Shown: positions 1 to 13,225 of the stretch, one piece after another
How positions within the stretch are numbered: position 1 is the stretch's first letter
Layout of the letters: every line of letters starts with the position of its first letter
Source: Octopus sinensis
Lineage: Eukaryota
NCBI RefSeq assembly: GCF_006345805.1
Contig: NC_042998.1
Span: 202,802,001 to 202,866,000 of the forward strand
DNA: 64,000 nt
Direction: 5' to 3'
The notes under the pieces: generated by a model
Database searches by the model: none
What the model was told of the DNA's origin: nothing
The model's input: only the letters and a program-made list of their open reading frames with translations
Translations under genes and position numbers: made by a program

Positions 1-580
1 TCGAAAAACACTAGAAAGAGACGTGTTATATAATATGCCGTACAAAGTGCCTAGATTTCTCTAGTCTGACATGTAAGATGGAGTGATGTCGGTGTGTATT
101 ATTTGACTTTCCAATCAACACAGGTCTAAGTGTTTGTTGTAGACGTGGCCGCCGATGTTGGAAGTTAAGTATACATGTCATCAATCAGTTTAGTATTTTT
201 ATTCGAAATTATTTATTCTTGCATGTATACTTAGCTTAGCATTGAATATTGTATATGAATACGGAATCCATCATTAAAAATATTGCTTTGTGGCGAATTC
301 TGTAGTGTACAATTGTGTTGTCCTCAAATGTTTTTTTCTCTTGCAAGCTTTCTAAATTTTTGTCTGCGTACAGCGGTGCAGTGAATTGCAGTTGCTCTTT
401 GTTGTAAATGCATAGAAAGCTAACTGACTGAGGAGTGTAATACTTGTACAACAATTAATAGCTGGAGTGAAATTTAGATCCCTCACGGCAATCAAATTTA
501 CAAACGCCATTGGTCGTTAGTAACTTCTTCGAGCGTTTACACATTTGTGGTTTGTTATCTCTCTGTTTCTCTCTCCCTCT

Positions 581-992
581 CTCTTTTACTTGTTTCAGTC
601 ATTTGACTGCGGCCATGCTGGAGCACCACCTTTTTAAATCGAGCAACTCGACCCCGGGACTTATTCATTTGTAAGCCCAGTACTTATTCTATCGGTCTCT
701 TTTGCCGAACCGCTAAGTGACGGGGACGTAAACACACCAGCATCGGTTGTCAAGCAATGCTAGGGGGACAAACACAGACACACAAACACACACGCATATA
801 TATATATATATAATATATATATATATATACGACGGGCTTCTTTCAGTTTCCGTCTACCAAATTCACTCACAAGGCTTTGGTCGGCCCGAGGCTATAGTAG
901 AAGAAACTTGCCCAAGGTGCCACGCAGTGGAACTGAAACAGGAACCATGTGATCGGTAAACAAGCTACTTACCACACAGCCACTCCTGCGCC
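581..992 (-). mobile_element. tRNA-derived SINE, full length, with internal (CA)/(TA) microsatellite (family A; possibly the octopus Twhop-type SINE)
   Basis: Minus strand starts GCAGGAGTGGCTGTGTGGTAAG (A box), has a B-box-like GGTTTCAGTTCCACTG, CCTTGGGCAAGT, and ends in a GTAAAAGAG tail. Near-identical copies at 10.3, 13.4, 42.1, 45.5/46.9 and 62.8 kb. Confidence 0.9.
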
Positions 993-2219
993 TATATGAA
1001 TAACATATGTTTTAGTTTTAGTTGTTTTTGATAATTTATTAGTGTTTGCTTACGGTTGTAGGTCATGCATATATGTTTTCTTATAACGTACTCAAATATT
1101 TTATATTTGATTTATCCCTTGGTATATAAGTTTCTTTTTAATGCCTAATGATTATTAGTACTCGTTTTATTCTACCGGTTTCTGTATTTAATATTCCGTT
1201 TATCGAGGAAAATTTAACTGTCATTCAACTTACCAGTTTGTGTCTATGTGAACATTCGTTATTTCCATGTAATTATTTGCATTATTTGCGTTATGATGTA
1301 GTTTTGTCTTCTGCGTGAATGTTTATGGATATAATCCTAGAGTGTGTCTATTGCAATTAATATATTATCCACATACATTGTGCATGTTGTCTGTTTCATT
1401 CTTCGTACTACTTCATTCTATATTATGACTACGTAGAACGACACAAATATGGGTTCTAAAGGTGAGCCAGTGGCTACGTCGCTTTCTTGTTTTTTATAAC
1501 ATCATTTCAATTGTGTAGGGTGTTAATGTTGTTTTATAGTACGGGACACAATTTTTTCTTTGGTGTCTTACCAAACTATCGGAAAAGCTGATCTAACTGA
1601 GTTTTGCATCTATTGATTATGGCTTTTATCATCTCTAACAGCGGATCATTGTTAGGCAGACTTGTTTCGTCTAAGAAGGAGCTGTGGTTTGCATTGTTTA
1701 TACGTATTTGGATGAAATTTCTTTAAATCTTTAAATGCAATATAAATAACGAACTAATTGACCAAATCATTGCACAATACAGTAAGAAAAAATGCACGAA
1801 ACGCATGAGACATCACAGCAATTAAAAAGACACAAACCACATATAAAGCGTATTATATGAACCAAATGCATATTAAGAACAGAAAAGTCAAATACATTGT
1901 CACAATTTTTATAAAACAAAACACAATATGCATTGTACCAAGTGATAAATTAATAATATACTACGAAAATATTGAAATTAAAGCATTAATGATAAAAATC
2001 CACAAGTGAGCTGCTAATGAATGATATGATTAACATATTTATGAATTCGATTGCAAATGTAAAGGATATAAAATTTACAACACTTCTGCTATCCTACTAT
2101 GCATTTACAAAAACTATTGTATGCACGACGCCATTCTACACAAACCAAATCAACATTTAGTGACGGATAGTATTATTGGGGAATACATCTATAATCTAAC
2201 GCATTCACAAATATAGTGA

Positions 2220-2734
2220 CTAGCAGCATAGCCCGGCATTGCCCGGGTATGTAAGAGCCCCTGGAGCAGACATGATGCTCGCTGTGAATTTTAAAAAAAT
2301 TCCTGCCAATTTGTAAAAGATATTGTCGAAAATATGTCATCTTGAATTTGAACGCGATTTCCCAAAATGGCATGATTTTATCGATTTTTTCTGATGGTAA
2401 GGTATTGCATGGAAAACTAACATCATAATTAAGTTTCTTAGGGTAACATTAAGCTTCACAATGAGTTTGGTGAAAATTGATTGCAAGTTGCGAAAACTAC
2501 AACAGAAAATGTGTTGCATATAAAAAGCTTAGATTCTCGACCCCATGTCGAATTTATCAATATTTTTCAGAACTGGGGGAACTTTTCAAAATTTTCGCTG
2601 CGTTAGTTTTGAATTATGACATTGGGCTATGTGTGTGTCAAGTTTCATCAGAATCGGTTGAAAGCCGTGGTCAGGGTGAGGGCACAACCTGACAGACACA
2701 CAGACAGACAAACTGCCGTTTATATAGAGAGAGA
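2220..2734 (-). mobile_element. Non-autonomous Helitron-like element
   Basis: Minus strand: 5' A|TC start, (CTGT)n tract near the 5' end, 3' hairpin CCCGGGCAATGCCGGG then CTAG|T. These are the canonical Helitron termini at an AT target. Confidence 0.75.
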
Positions 2735-3194
2735 TTAATAATGGAAAGAGTCACTATAACACGGATGATATTAAAATAAATACTGGACACATACACTAGT
2801 TATAGATATGAATAAATATGTGACTGATGACATATATAACTAAAGGGAAAATTCAACACATCAGTTCTTTCTCGAGGTAGTGGCGATGGATTTGATAACT
2901 AAATTTTTCCAAATACATTCTAACGGATTGATAGAAAATATGAAATAAACTTGTTAAAGAAATATGATAAAAGTCATGTGTGAGCATGTTTGTGAGTCTC
3001 TGTGTTGTAGGTGTATGAATATGTGTGTGTGTGTGTTACTAAATACTTCATGACAGCGTTCTCGTCGTGTTTATCTGTGTCTTATCAAGTTTACTTTATG
3101 TGTTCCATCGATTTGTTGCAGTTTATTTGGAAAAATATAATTATCAAACTCACACCAATGCTTAGACAAACATACCTACAACACATACACATAC

Positions 3195-3196
3195 GC

Positions 3197-3230
<34 letters not shown>

Positions 3231-3307
3231 CCGAAATATATATATACTCAGACATATATATATATGTGTGTGTGTATGTATATATATATATATGTATATA
3301 TATATAC

Positions 3308-3345
<38 letters not shown>

Positions 3346-3370
3346 TATATATATACGTATATATATATAA

Positions 3371-3408
<38 letters not shown>

Positions 3409-3805
3409 GAAAATATCTTACCTCAAATACAAACACACATACATAGCTGTGTATGTATTTATATGTATATATGTATATGTATGTATATTTATATCTATAT
3501 ATATATATATATATATTATGTATGTATGTATGTATATATATATCTGTATGTATATACGTATGTATATTCATATATATATATATATATATAATATATATAT
3601 ATATATATGTATATTTATATGTATATATTTATGTATATGTATATATACATGTATGTATGTATGTATATAGTGTATATGTATATATGTATTTATATATATA
3701 TATTTGTATATATACATATATTATATATATGTATACATATATATTATATATATATATATATATATATGTATACATATATATATGTATATATTATATATAT
3801 ACATA
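3195..3805. repeat. Compound (TA)n/(TATG)n microsatellite
   Basis: Direct reading; source of several spurious YI/CI-rich ORFs. Confidence 0.95.
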
Positions 3806-5046
3806 AACACACATCTGTGTTGTGTATGCCTGATTGTATTTACAGTAACATATTTTCGTATGGAAATGTGTTTTCAATCTCTAACCCTCCCCGGTCATTT
3901 GATTAAATGTCAATGTAATTCATTCCAAATTCTATTTGTAACTGTGACATTGGAACTATTGGATTTTAGGGTTGCAGCAAACAAAATTTCGTTTATATCT
4001 CTAGCGTCGTTTAATTTATCACTGCCATTATCGAAACGCTATAAACTTGCAGAAGAATTTCAAAGACAAATACAACATTGCTTTTAAAAGGAGAAAGGTT
4101 ATTATTCATACAGCAATGTGCACTACACTTTATGCAAAAGTGGGTTGAAGATACCTTTATTTTTCATTTCCGTTCGGAAATTGGAGAACCTCACAGCAAC
4201 CGTTTCTCGTCACGGATAGCAAAGCTGTCTCAGAGCGATTTGTGAAGATCAATTGCCGACGGAACAGAGATACGGTGATTCTATACCTTCCTTACTGGAA
4301 AATCATTTCTTTTTCGTTTGCTATTGCTAGTGATAAGTCAATAGACACACACAGCGTTTCGATATTTGGTGCTTTAGTGGTAAAGACTAGAAAAATCTAA
4401 TCAATATCTATAGGGAAAAGATTAGAAAGAAAGCCAATGATTTGTGTTTCGATTCGTCAATCTCGATTTTGTTTAAGAATAGGAAATCTAGTAAATTGTT
4501 TAAAGATAACATAACATAAGAGCATTGGAATGTCACAAGATTATCTACTGTTTCTCAAACGTTCAGAATCTCTTTCTATATATTTAGCAAGATTTATAAT
4601 CTTATAAATCTCTCCAAGTTTTTGGTGCTTAGATTTCAGTAATTCTACACCATTGTATTTCTTTGCTAGAGGTTTAACAGATTGCATATATAGGTATTTT
4701 AGAGAATGTTTTTTTTTATTTTCTCTGTCTTATACATACAAAACTGAATAATCGTATTTTGTTTAAAAATGTTTGTTTGCTCACAATTCTCCAGCCTTCA
4801 CACTTCGAAAGAAATACAAATATGTATAGATCATTATACACACACGTTATCATGCATTCTATTAAGTTATTCAACACAGTACAGGGCAAAGATTTGCTAA
4901 CTCAGCCTAGAATATTATTCTAGCTTTGCCGAGAATAAGTTTAATAGAGAGAGAGCCATATACCTTATGCTATTACTGTGCTAATGTCTGTTTCGTATAC
5001 CAGCTGTTAAACCTGCGTAGAAAACTTTGAGTTTTAATTGATATAT

Positions 5047-5245
5047 CTTTTATCTTTCACTTGTTTCAGTCACTAGACTGTGGCCATGCTGGGGCATCGT
5101 CTTAGAGACTTTTTAGTCGAATGTAATGACCCTAATATATTCTTTAAGCCTAGTACTTACTCTATAGGTCTCTTTTGCTAAATTGCTAAGTTACAGGGAC
5201 GCAAACACACCAACACCGGTTGCCAAATGGTGATTGACACAAAGA
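5047..5245 (-). mobile_element. SINE family A, 3' half, diverged
   Basis: Homologous to 581-780 (CTTGTTTCAGTCA...GCCATGCTGG...AAACACACC..CGGTTG). Confidence 0.8.
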
Positions 5246-5965
5246 CACACACACACACCGTATATTGTGCAAACATGGAAAAGTGGTTGTTAAAGCGATG
5301 ATGATTATGATGACATCGATGACAACGATGACGATGTCAACGACGAAAATGATGTAGGGATTTTTTTTAAGTAACTTGACGGTTTCTTTTATGTCATCAA
5401 AATTTAGATAACATAAATATATGCCCGTGAGTAAAAGCTCAACATCGAATGAGTCTGACGAGTTAGGTCTGTGACAATCCTGCATATCTATTTTATGGGA
5501 CCCGAATCAAGCTGTCTTCTAAACAATAACATTGTGTGTGTGTGGTGTGTGTGTGTGTGTGTGTGTGTGTGAGTGTGTGTGCATGTGCCTGTGTGTGTAT
5601 ATGCATGTGTAATTTAAAGATCCAAGGATCTAGGAGCAAGAATTTAGTAAATTTCAAGCAATCCTTTGTAGGGTTAAAAAACAACTTTCGGGAACAATAT
5701 TAGTTTATTGATGTAGAAGGTTGTATGCTTTTCCCCTATCAAAGTTCGATAAGCTGAAAATGTTATTCTATAGTTCAAGGTTGGCATCTGGGGCTGCTAT
5801 GAATGCGAATAAAAAACCAAATTGAGAAAATGGAGCAGGCAAAATCCAGGGTCCATGTTTCCTAGCTAGCAGATCCTCGAAAGTAATATTTTCTCTACGA
5901 GAGGTATTCCACCAGCTACACGTCAGACCGAAGATACATTAGTTACATGAAGATTATGTTGTCGT

Positions 5966-6029
<64 letters not shown>

Positions 6030-6120
6030 TTTATAAATAAGGATAATATCGATATTTAAGTATTGATCTTATCAAGTGGCCAGCATGGGAATAAATACCA
6101 TACAAAGGTAATAATTATTT

Positions 6121-6405
6121 AAAACTATAGATTAGGATATCTGAGAGATACCACCATGCTGAAATAGCAGTCAAAACCCTGACCCTAAAGCCACATTAAA
6201 TGTTCATATATCGCTAGGAGAGAAGACAGAGACAGAATAAACTAAATCCAGGATCTTGAATTATCTAGAAAAATCTTTTTTGCTAGTTTATTTTGTCTCT
6301 CTGTCTTCTCTCCTGGCGCTATATGAACATTTAATGTGGATTTAGGGTCAGGGTTTTGACTGCTACTTCAGCATGTGGTATCTCAGATACCCTAATTTAT
6401 AGTTT

Positions 6406-6406
<1 letters not shown>
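6121..6406. repeat. Palindromic element: about 124-bp inverted arms (6121-6244 / 6284-6406) between (TA)n arrays
   Basis: AAAACTATAG...CAGTCAAAACCCTGACCCTAAA...AATAAACTA is mirrored by TAGTTTATT...TTTAGGGTCAGGGTTTTGACTG...CTAATTTATAGTTTT. Confidence 0.9.
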
Positions 6407-6438
<32 letters not shown>

Positions 6439-6448
6439 TATATATATA

Positions 6449-6660
6449 TTCTTCTATCCTTTTTCTTGTTTCAGTCATTTCACTGTGGTCATGCTGGGGC
6501 ACCGCCTTTAGTCGGGCAAATTAACTCCAGGACTTATTCTTTCTAAGTCTAGTACTTATTCTATCAGGTTCTTTTGCCGTACCGCTATGTTACGGGGATG
6601 TAAACACACCAGCATCGGTTGTCAAGTGATGTTGGGCGACAGACACAGATCCAAATATAA
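6449..6660 (-). mobile_element. SINE family A, 3' half
   Basis: Homologous to 581-780. Confidence 0.85.
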
Positions 6661-7174
6661 ACACACACACACACACAGTCACACACACATACACACACAC
6701 ACTATTTAGGGGAAACAGTTTGGATTAATTGTCAGATGAAACAAATTTATAATTAGATATGTGGGGGATATAGAGAAGAAAGATTATTATTACTAGTAAT
6801 ATTATTATTATTATTATTATCATTATTATTATTATCATTATTATTATTTTACTGTAGGTATTAATACAAACTATGTGGCAGAAAGAGCCTAGATTATTAT
6901 TGATATTAAAGTATAATTATATGATCACGAATATAAATTTATATTAATAGTAGAGTATAGTGTTAGTAAAAGTAAAGTCTTCAAATAGGTGATTGATGTT
7001 AGTGTTGGTACATATATTATATACAATGCACGTATAATTAAGTGGAGCGTGCAGAAAATATGACTATAAAGATTGTTGAATTACATATAACTACATAAAT
7101 ATATATATATATATATATACATGCATTCATGTATATATATATATGTAATTACCTATAATTACAAAAAATGCATG

Positions 7175-7207
<33 letters not shown>

Positions 7208-7703
7208 TAATTATATGTAATTATATGGGTTAACTTACAATATTGAGGTACATGTATAAATGTATAATCAAGTATGTAAGGAGATGGTTTATGTGGAAAA
7301 TGAATATTGTGCAAATTAACATTGCAATGAGTATTAGAAGGGTTGTGTTAAGTTGATATAAAATAGTTTGAATTTGGGTTTAAGTTTTTGGAAAATGGGT
7401 TTTAAAAATTATAGTTTAAAATTAACTATTAACGAGTAGAATATAAATATTAAAGAGTTAAGTAATATTATGGGAATAAAAATATGGATTATAAGTATAT
7501 CTCTAATATATCTCTAACGGTATTAAGAGTGGGTTACAAAATGATAAATGATAATTAGAGTGTATATTGTGCGATTGAAACATTAAAAGCAGGATTTATA
7601 TTTTTAAAATGTGTGATTAAGGTGGAAAGTATGTATAATTTGAGTTGTTAAGCTTATATAGAATATATTAGGGTATTTCTATAGGATGTATTATATATTA
7701 TTG

Positions 7704-8190
7704 TTATTTTGCGAGAAAGGAAGTGCTGGATAATTCATATTTACAAAACATATATTTCTTTACATGTAAGCATTGGAAAATTTTCTCGGATCTATCATTT
7801 AAAAGTTTATTCTAAGAAAATAAAATGTTTTACGTCTCATCTAGGCAAAATGAGCTGGTTTTGGCCGGTGGCTTATTCGCGTAATTTTGTAAGTTATATT
7901 TCTATCTTTCAGTTTCCAGATAAATTTACTTAGGCCAGTGCTATTTTGCTTATTAGTATTTCTAAAGGAGCTCTGATGGTTCGCATGCCTAGATTTCACA
8001 TAACACGAGGTTGCTCCGACATAATAGAGATATTTGCCTTCTGCTTTAAAGGTTGCTTCGTATACTCGACTTTTACGTTTACAGTAATTCTTAAATTTAC
8101 ATTTTTCTTTAACCCTACAATCACAGAAAACATTCAAATAGTTATTAGATGTGTTATTTGTGTTTGTATTATTGTTAAGATATATCATTG
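7704..8190 (-). pseudogene. Degenerate GIY-YIG endonuclease of a Penelope-like element (CxCx5C linker type)
   Basis: Minus-strand translation CDCRVKEKC...YEATF...YYVGATSCYVKSRHANHQSSFRN...STGLSKFIWKLKD, continuing after a frameshift with FCLDE..LLNDRSEKIFQCLHVKKY. Same architecture as the EN at 33.0-33.6 kb. Confidence 0.8.
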
Positions 8191-8324
8191 TCTAGATATA
8201 CTATGTCTGGCATTTATATTTCTTTGGATATCATTTGTTTTCGTATTTAGAGAGGGGTTGTTTCTATTTGTGTAATATGCAGCAAGTTTTACAATAGTAA
8301 AATATGATATATGTCGAAATGTGT

Positions 8325-8449
8325 CTCGTTTCTCTGTTTTTTTTTCGTTGTTCGAAAAAAGTTCGTTTCTGTGTTTTTGTTTTTATGTTTTCGTTTGTCA
8401 TTGAGTTCAACGTTTTTTTTTGGTCCTGTACCCATATATGCATGTATCT

Positions 8450-8490
<41 letters not shown>

Positions 8491-9249
8491 TATGTACATA
8501 TATGTATTTATATATGCATATATTTATATATTATTTATATTATTATATGATCGAACGCCACGCGTCCTTTTCCAAGTAAGTTTTATCTTAATAATTACGA
8601 TGCGCACTCTTCTAACTTTACTATCTCTTCACTGTCTATCTCTCTACCCCTCTTGTTATTCATCATTTCTGGTTTTGTTTCCCACCCTTCCTATTCTTCT
8701 CCTCTCTCCTTCACCGTTCCCTCTCTCTCAGTCTTCCTCGTCAACTCTCTCGTCGCTGACACGTGACGAAAGAGAATCTGCCGTTTTACCCTCAGCCTTC
8801 GTAAAGACTAAACGTGCTTATACTGTCTCCTTCATAAGCTCGTCTTCCTAAACGTTCAGGATGATTTTTCCATCGTCTTGGCTTAACAGCCATCATCGTT
8901 TGTTTCTTTCTGTTTTGTTCTCATTGTTCTGTCTTTTGCTGTTTTTAATGTTTTGTTCTCAATGTCCTGTTCTTGTTACCACTTTCACTTTCCGCAAAAA
9001 ATCCCCAAATTTACTTAATTTGCTTTGCGGGAAGGATTGTTTCCATGAAGTCGCATCTTGTCCTTGCCTTCGTGACGTGGAGTAGTTGAAACAGGGACAA
9101 CTGAAGAAGGGGAATATTCTTTATGTTGTATGCCTCGTTTCTCTGTTTTTTTCGTTGTTCGAAAAAAAGTCCGTTTCTATGTTTTTGTTTTTATGTTTTC
9201 GTTTCTCATTTCGTTCAATGTTTATTCTATATCCTGTACCCATATATGC

Positions 9250-9254
<5 letters not shown>
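8325..9254 (+). repeat. About 122-bp direct repeats (8325-8447 and 9134-9254), each ending at a (TA)n array; probably PLE pseudo-LTR-derived
   Basis: CTCGTTTCTCTGTTTTTTT...CGAAAAAAG...CCTGTACCCATATATGCATG is present twice. The pLTR origin is inferred. Confidence 0.7.
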
Positions 9255-9294
<40 letters not shown>

Positions 9295-9348
9295 GGTATC
9301 TACATATATGTATGTATATATGCATATATTTATATATTATCTATATTG

Positions 9349-9395
<47 letters not shown>

Positions 9396-10287
9396 ATATA
9401 TATGATGCAAAAATGCATGAAAAGTTCATTCCAAAACATGTCTGTGCGACGTTTGTTTGCGAGAATATGTGAGCTAACGAAGCTCCTTTATATCAACAAT
9501 TGTCTCTCATGTTGGAAGTCTTGCGTCAGTTTCGAGTATTGTACTCTCAGTTCGTATATCTGAGGTGCCTAACTTATCATTCGTTGAGATTTTCCCCCCT
9601 AACGTTAAATGTTCTTCATTGATTGAAAACAAGATGCATTCTGTTTTACTCCCTCATTTCTTCCGAAAAAGATTTACCAAATTGCGTATTTCTTTTTCTT
9701 TATCTGTTTTTAATAATTTATTCTAATATTACCATTTATCCCCTATATATCTGTACTGTTGTTTTGCGTAGTTCTTTTCGACATCGGTACAAAACGTTCC
9801 AGAGAAGTAATTATATTATATACGAGTTGATAAGAGTAGATGAAAATAGAGAAATTATGTGAAAATATTTTTTTGCAAAATAAAAAGTTGAGTAAAGCGG
9901 ATAAAAATTATTCGAAAGATTTTATAAAAGTGGATAAGAATACAGGAAAAACTGATAACTTTCTTGATTTGAAGATAAAAAAGAAAGCATAGACATTTAA
10001 ATATTTCAAAAATCATTCTACAGATTGATAATGTCCTTAGTTCATTTCAAATCAGATGGTAAGTTCTATTTACATACAGATTTCTCAATGTTTTTTTTAG
10101 ACCAGAACATTGTATATTTTCTCTGCTGTGAGGCTGCACTACACTGAGTGACGTAGAATTTGGAATAGAGACAAAGGAAGAGGAGGCAAAGGCTCACATA
10201 CAGCTTCTTCAGAAATCGGTTCATTCCTTTCAGGAAGATTTCAAATAATTAAAAATAGAATAGTACATGCATAGTAACGTATGTATA

Positions 10288-10662
10288 CTCTCTTTTACTC
10301 TTTTACTTGTTTCAGTCATTTGACTGCGGCCATGCCCCGGGACTTATTCTTTGTAAGCCCAGTACTTATTATATCGGTCTCTTTTGCCGAACCGCTAAGT
10401 GACGGGGACGTAAACACACCACCATCGGTTGTCAAGCAATGCTAGGGGGACAAACACAGACACGCAAACACACACACACATACATATATATATACATATA
10501 TACGACAGGCTTATTTCAGTTTCCGTCTACCAAATCCACTCACAAGGTATTGGTCGGCCCGGGGCTATAGCAGAAGACACTTGCCCAAGATGTCACGCAG
10601 TGGGACTGAACCCAGAACCATGTGGTTGGTTAGCAAGCTACTTACCACACAGCCACTCCTGC
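10288..10662 (-). mobile_element. SINE family A with about 30-bp internal deletion
   Basis: Homologous to 581-992; the junction CATGC|CCCGGGAC lacks the TGGAGCACC...TCGAC segment. Confidence 0.9.
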
Positions 10663-10929
10663 TTTCAGTGGTCTGTTGTTCTTTTAGCTCCAATAGCTAT
10701 ACTACAAGATGCGGTAACCTTCACCACCAGCTTTCAGTTTCACTAAGTGCTGCATCAGATGTTTTCTTGTTGTTATTGATTTTCACTTTACACAATCTCT
10801 CTCTTTCTCTTACGCTCTTTCTCTCTCTCTCTCTCGTTCTCTCTCTCTCTCTCTCTCTCACTCTTCTCATATATATGGGGGTGTATGTATGCCTATATAC
10901 ATATGTATGTGTATGGATTTATGAATGTA

Positions 10930-10965
<36 letters not shown>

Positions 10966-11735
10966 CATACATACATACATACATACACACTTCTACACAT
11001 ACACGTAAATACATATACAGGTTTAATTTATGTATCTTTCTTTATACGTATGTGTATATACATTGTCTTTTTATATGCACATTTATTAGTTATATTATAG
11101 ATATTTTGGACCATAAAAGAAGTATCATTTCGCAATAAAGTCTTTGATATATGAAAACACAGAAGGGTTACGACGAAAATGCCTTCTTACCACATATCTG
11201 CTCGATTTAGACTGATCGGAACTTACACAAATAAAGACGCTACGAACCAGCAAGAGATCGTTAGCAGAGTCACTCTGAATGCTAGAAATACCAACCAAAT
11301 CACAATCAATTCCCATATTTGCAGTGTTAAGTAGCGAAGGGCCTAATATCCAATTTATTCTCTGGTTGACAGGAAGACAAGATTTTCGTGTTTGGAACGG
11401 TTTTTGTTTTTGTGTTAATTAAGGTAAACAACCACCAAAAGAGCATTTACATGGTCGCACGACCTGTAAAGTAAGCAAATGTTTTTTTTCAGATTAGCAG
11501 CCAAAACTTTAGATTACACTCCTCCAACTTAAACTGTAAGACTTTTATCATACGTCTGTTGAGTCAAGGTTGACCTGGAGCTAAACAAGAAAATCTATAA
11601 GTAATTTTAGAATAGTGCTTCAAGAAGGCAACAGGAATCACAAGAAGAAACAGTATTAAAGGATAATAATAAAAATAATCAAGCAATAATAAATCTCTGA
11701 ACGAGATGTAAACAGTAACCGCTCGACAACATAAA

Positions 11736-12004
11736 GTATAATAGCCATCTCAATATGGCTAACCACTAAGGTTGGGTGTTACTGTAGCTTTTAGCCCCAG
11801 GAGATCATCGTCTCCAGCTGGCTTTAGGCACACTTTCTGTGCCCTTATGGTATTTGCAAAGGGAGAGGGACGACCTCCCTTTGCAAATATCATAAGGGCA
11901 CAGAAAGTGTGCCTAAAGCCAGCTGGAGACGATGATCTCCTGGGGCTAAACGCTACAGTAACACCCAACCTTAGTAGTTAGCCATATTGAGATGGCTATT
12001 ATAC
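11736..12004. repeat. Near-perfect 130-bp-arm hairpin (11736-11865 / 11875-12004, 9-nt loop, about 3 mismatches)
   Basis: Direct reading; also visible as two nearly identical 69-aa ORFs on opposite strands. Confidence 0.95.
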
Positions 12005-12009
12005 ATTAC

Positions 12010-12230
12010 GTAATAAAAATAATCGTTTCTACGATAGGTACAAGGTCTGAAATTTTAGGGGAGGAGACTAGTCCATTATATCGACTACCGTGACCGACTG
12101 GTACTTCCCGAACCCGAAAGGATGAAAAACAAAGTTGACCTCTGTGGCATTTGAACTCAGAAGGGGAAGTACCGGAAGAAATATTGCTAAGCATTTCGTC
12201 CACTACGGTCAACGATTCTCCCAGAATTGA
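12010..12230 (-). mobile_element. SINE family B (tRNA head plus conserved central domain resembling the MetaSINE domain), diverged
   Basis: Minus strand TTCTGAGTTCAAATGCC..AGAGGTCAACTTTG..TTTCATCCTTTCGGG...AAGTACCAG. Homologues at 37.7, 41.1, 42.6, 45.2 and 58.4 kb. Confidence 0.7.
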
Positions 12231-12475
12231 AAAGAAGACAGAATGAAAATGAGATGCAAAAATGAAATGAAGCAAAGTTTGATGCAGGAGGACTGAGAAT
12301 TACTGAAAGGAGACAGAAGGAAACCTCCATCATATTTAAAGGGTATTGCACTGGTTTATAATGCACACGCGCATTCCACACATACATACATACATATATA
12401 TATACATATATATATTACGTTTATATATTTGTTGTGCAAGATGTTTTATGTGAAGTCGGGTGTTGAAACAGACAT

Positions 12476-12709
12476 TGTTGTATTTCGGAATGGTCATTTT
12501 GCCGGTTTAGCCAATAAAAACACAAATAAGAAAGAAGAAAGCAAAGGAGCACTGATGCGGTCACAGGAGTGTGACGAAAGAACCCTGGCCGAAATAGGAT
12601 TAAGATTAATGTAAAAAATAAATAACACTAAAGCAAAGTAACACCAAATATATAGTGCGTGTGTTTTTATTGGCTAAACTGGCAAAAATGACCATTCCGA
12701 AATACAACA
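12476..12709. repeat. Inverted repeat, about 49-bp arms (12476-12524 / 12660-12709), in TA context
   Basis: TGTTGTATTTCGGAATGGTCATTTTGCC.GTTTAGCCAATAAAAACACA is mirrored at 12660-12709. Confidence 0.85.
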
Positions 12710-12736
12710 ACATATATATATATATAGATGTATATA

Positions 12737-12932
12737 CAAGTTTGGCCAAAAGTCACTCGACAGTAAATGAAAATTCCATAAATACTATCTGTAATTCGAA
12801 TGGAAGAATGTGTCGCTTGAGAAGGACTTCAATTTGAACAACTTTCATGATGTTTCATATTTAGATATTTTTATTGAATTCATTCAAATCAAATGGTTTT
12901 GATTTATTTCAGGTAACTTTTGGCCAACCCTG
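12737..12932. mobile_element. Tc1/mariner-type MITE
   Basis: TA|CAAGTTTGGCCAAAAGTCAC ... GTAACTTTTGGCCAACCCTG|TA: imperfect TIRs with TA flanks. Confidence 0.75.
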
Positions 12933-13225
12933 TATATATATATATAAAACTCGTTGCAAATTTTGGCATTGTCAGTTACATAAGCAGCAGGACGGGTGGC
13001 ACTGAATAGTACAGAGATTTCAAACGTGAATAGACACCCCTGGTTATCCTGTTTTATCTGTGCGGACAAAACTCGGGTTTAAAATGTCCAAACATATTAC
13101 ATTTATAGAAAACATGTCTACTAAGTAAAAACATCAAATGATATTATTTTCTTTATAGAATTGAGTCTTTCAAAAACTGATTGTATCCATTCATTTTTGA
13201 GATGTCTGTGTTTCTTTCTGTGTTC

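Noticed and set aside
3011-3906. Many overlapping ORFs of 60-140 aa rich in Y/I/C/V/H/T (also at 8.3-9.5, 19.5, 22, 25-28, 32.3, 40, 48.3, 51, 55.7 and 62 kb)
   Set aside because: They are translations of (TA)n/(CA)n/(TATG)n microsatellites, which lack stop codons in some frames.
9099-9145. CTGAAGAAGGGG...CCTC in the 9-kb repeat
   Set aside because: It is followed by GTTTC, not GAAA, so only half a core.
9523-9553. Minus-strand CTGA-GAGTA CAA TACTC-GAAAC
   Set aside because: The stem II is good, but 3 core nt are missing and there is no NUH triplet or stem I; at best a relic.
11759-11981. Two near-identical 69-aa ORFs on opposite strands
   Set aside because: A consequence of the DNA palindrome; there is no coding signature.
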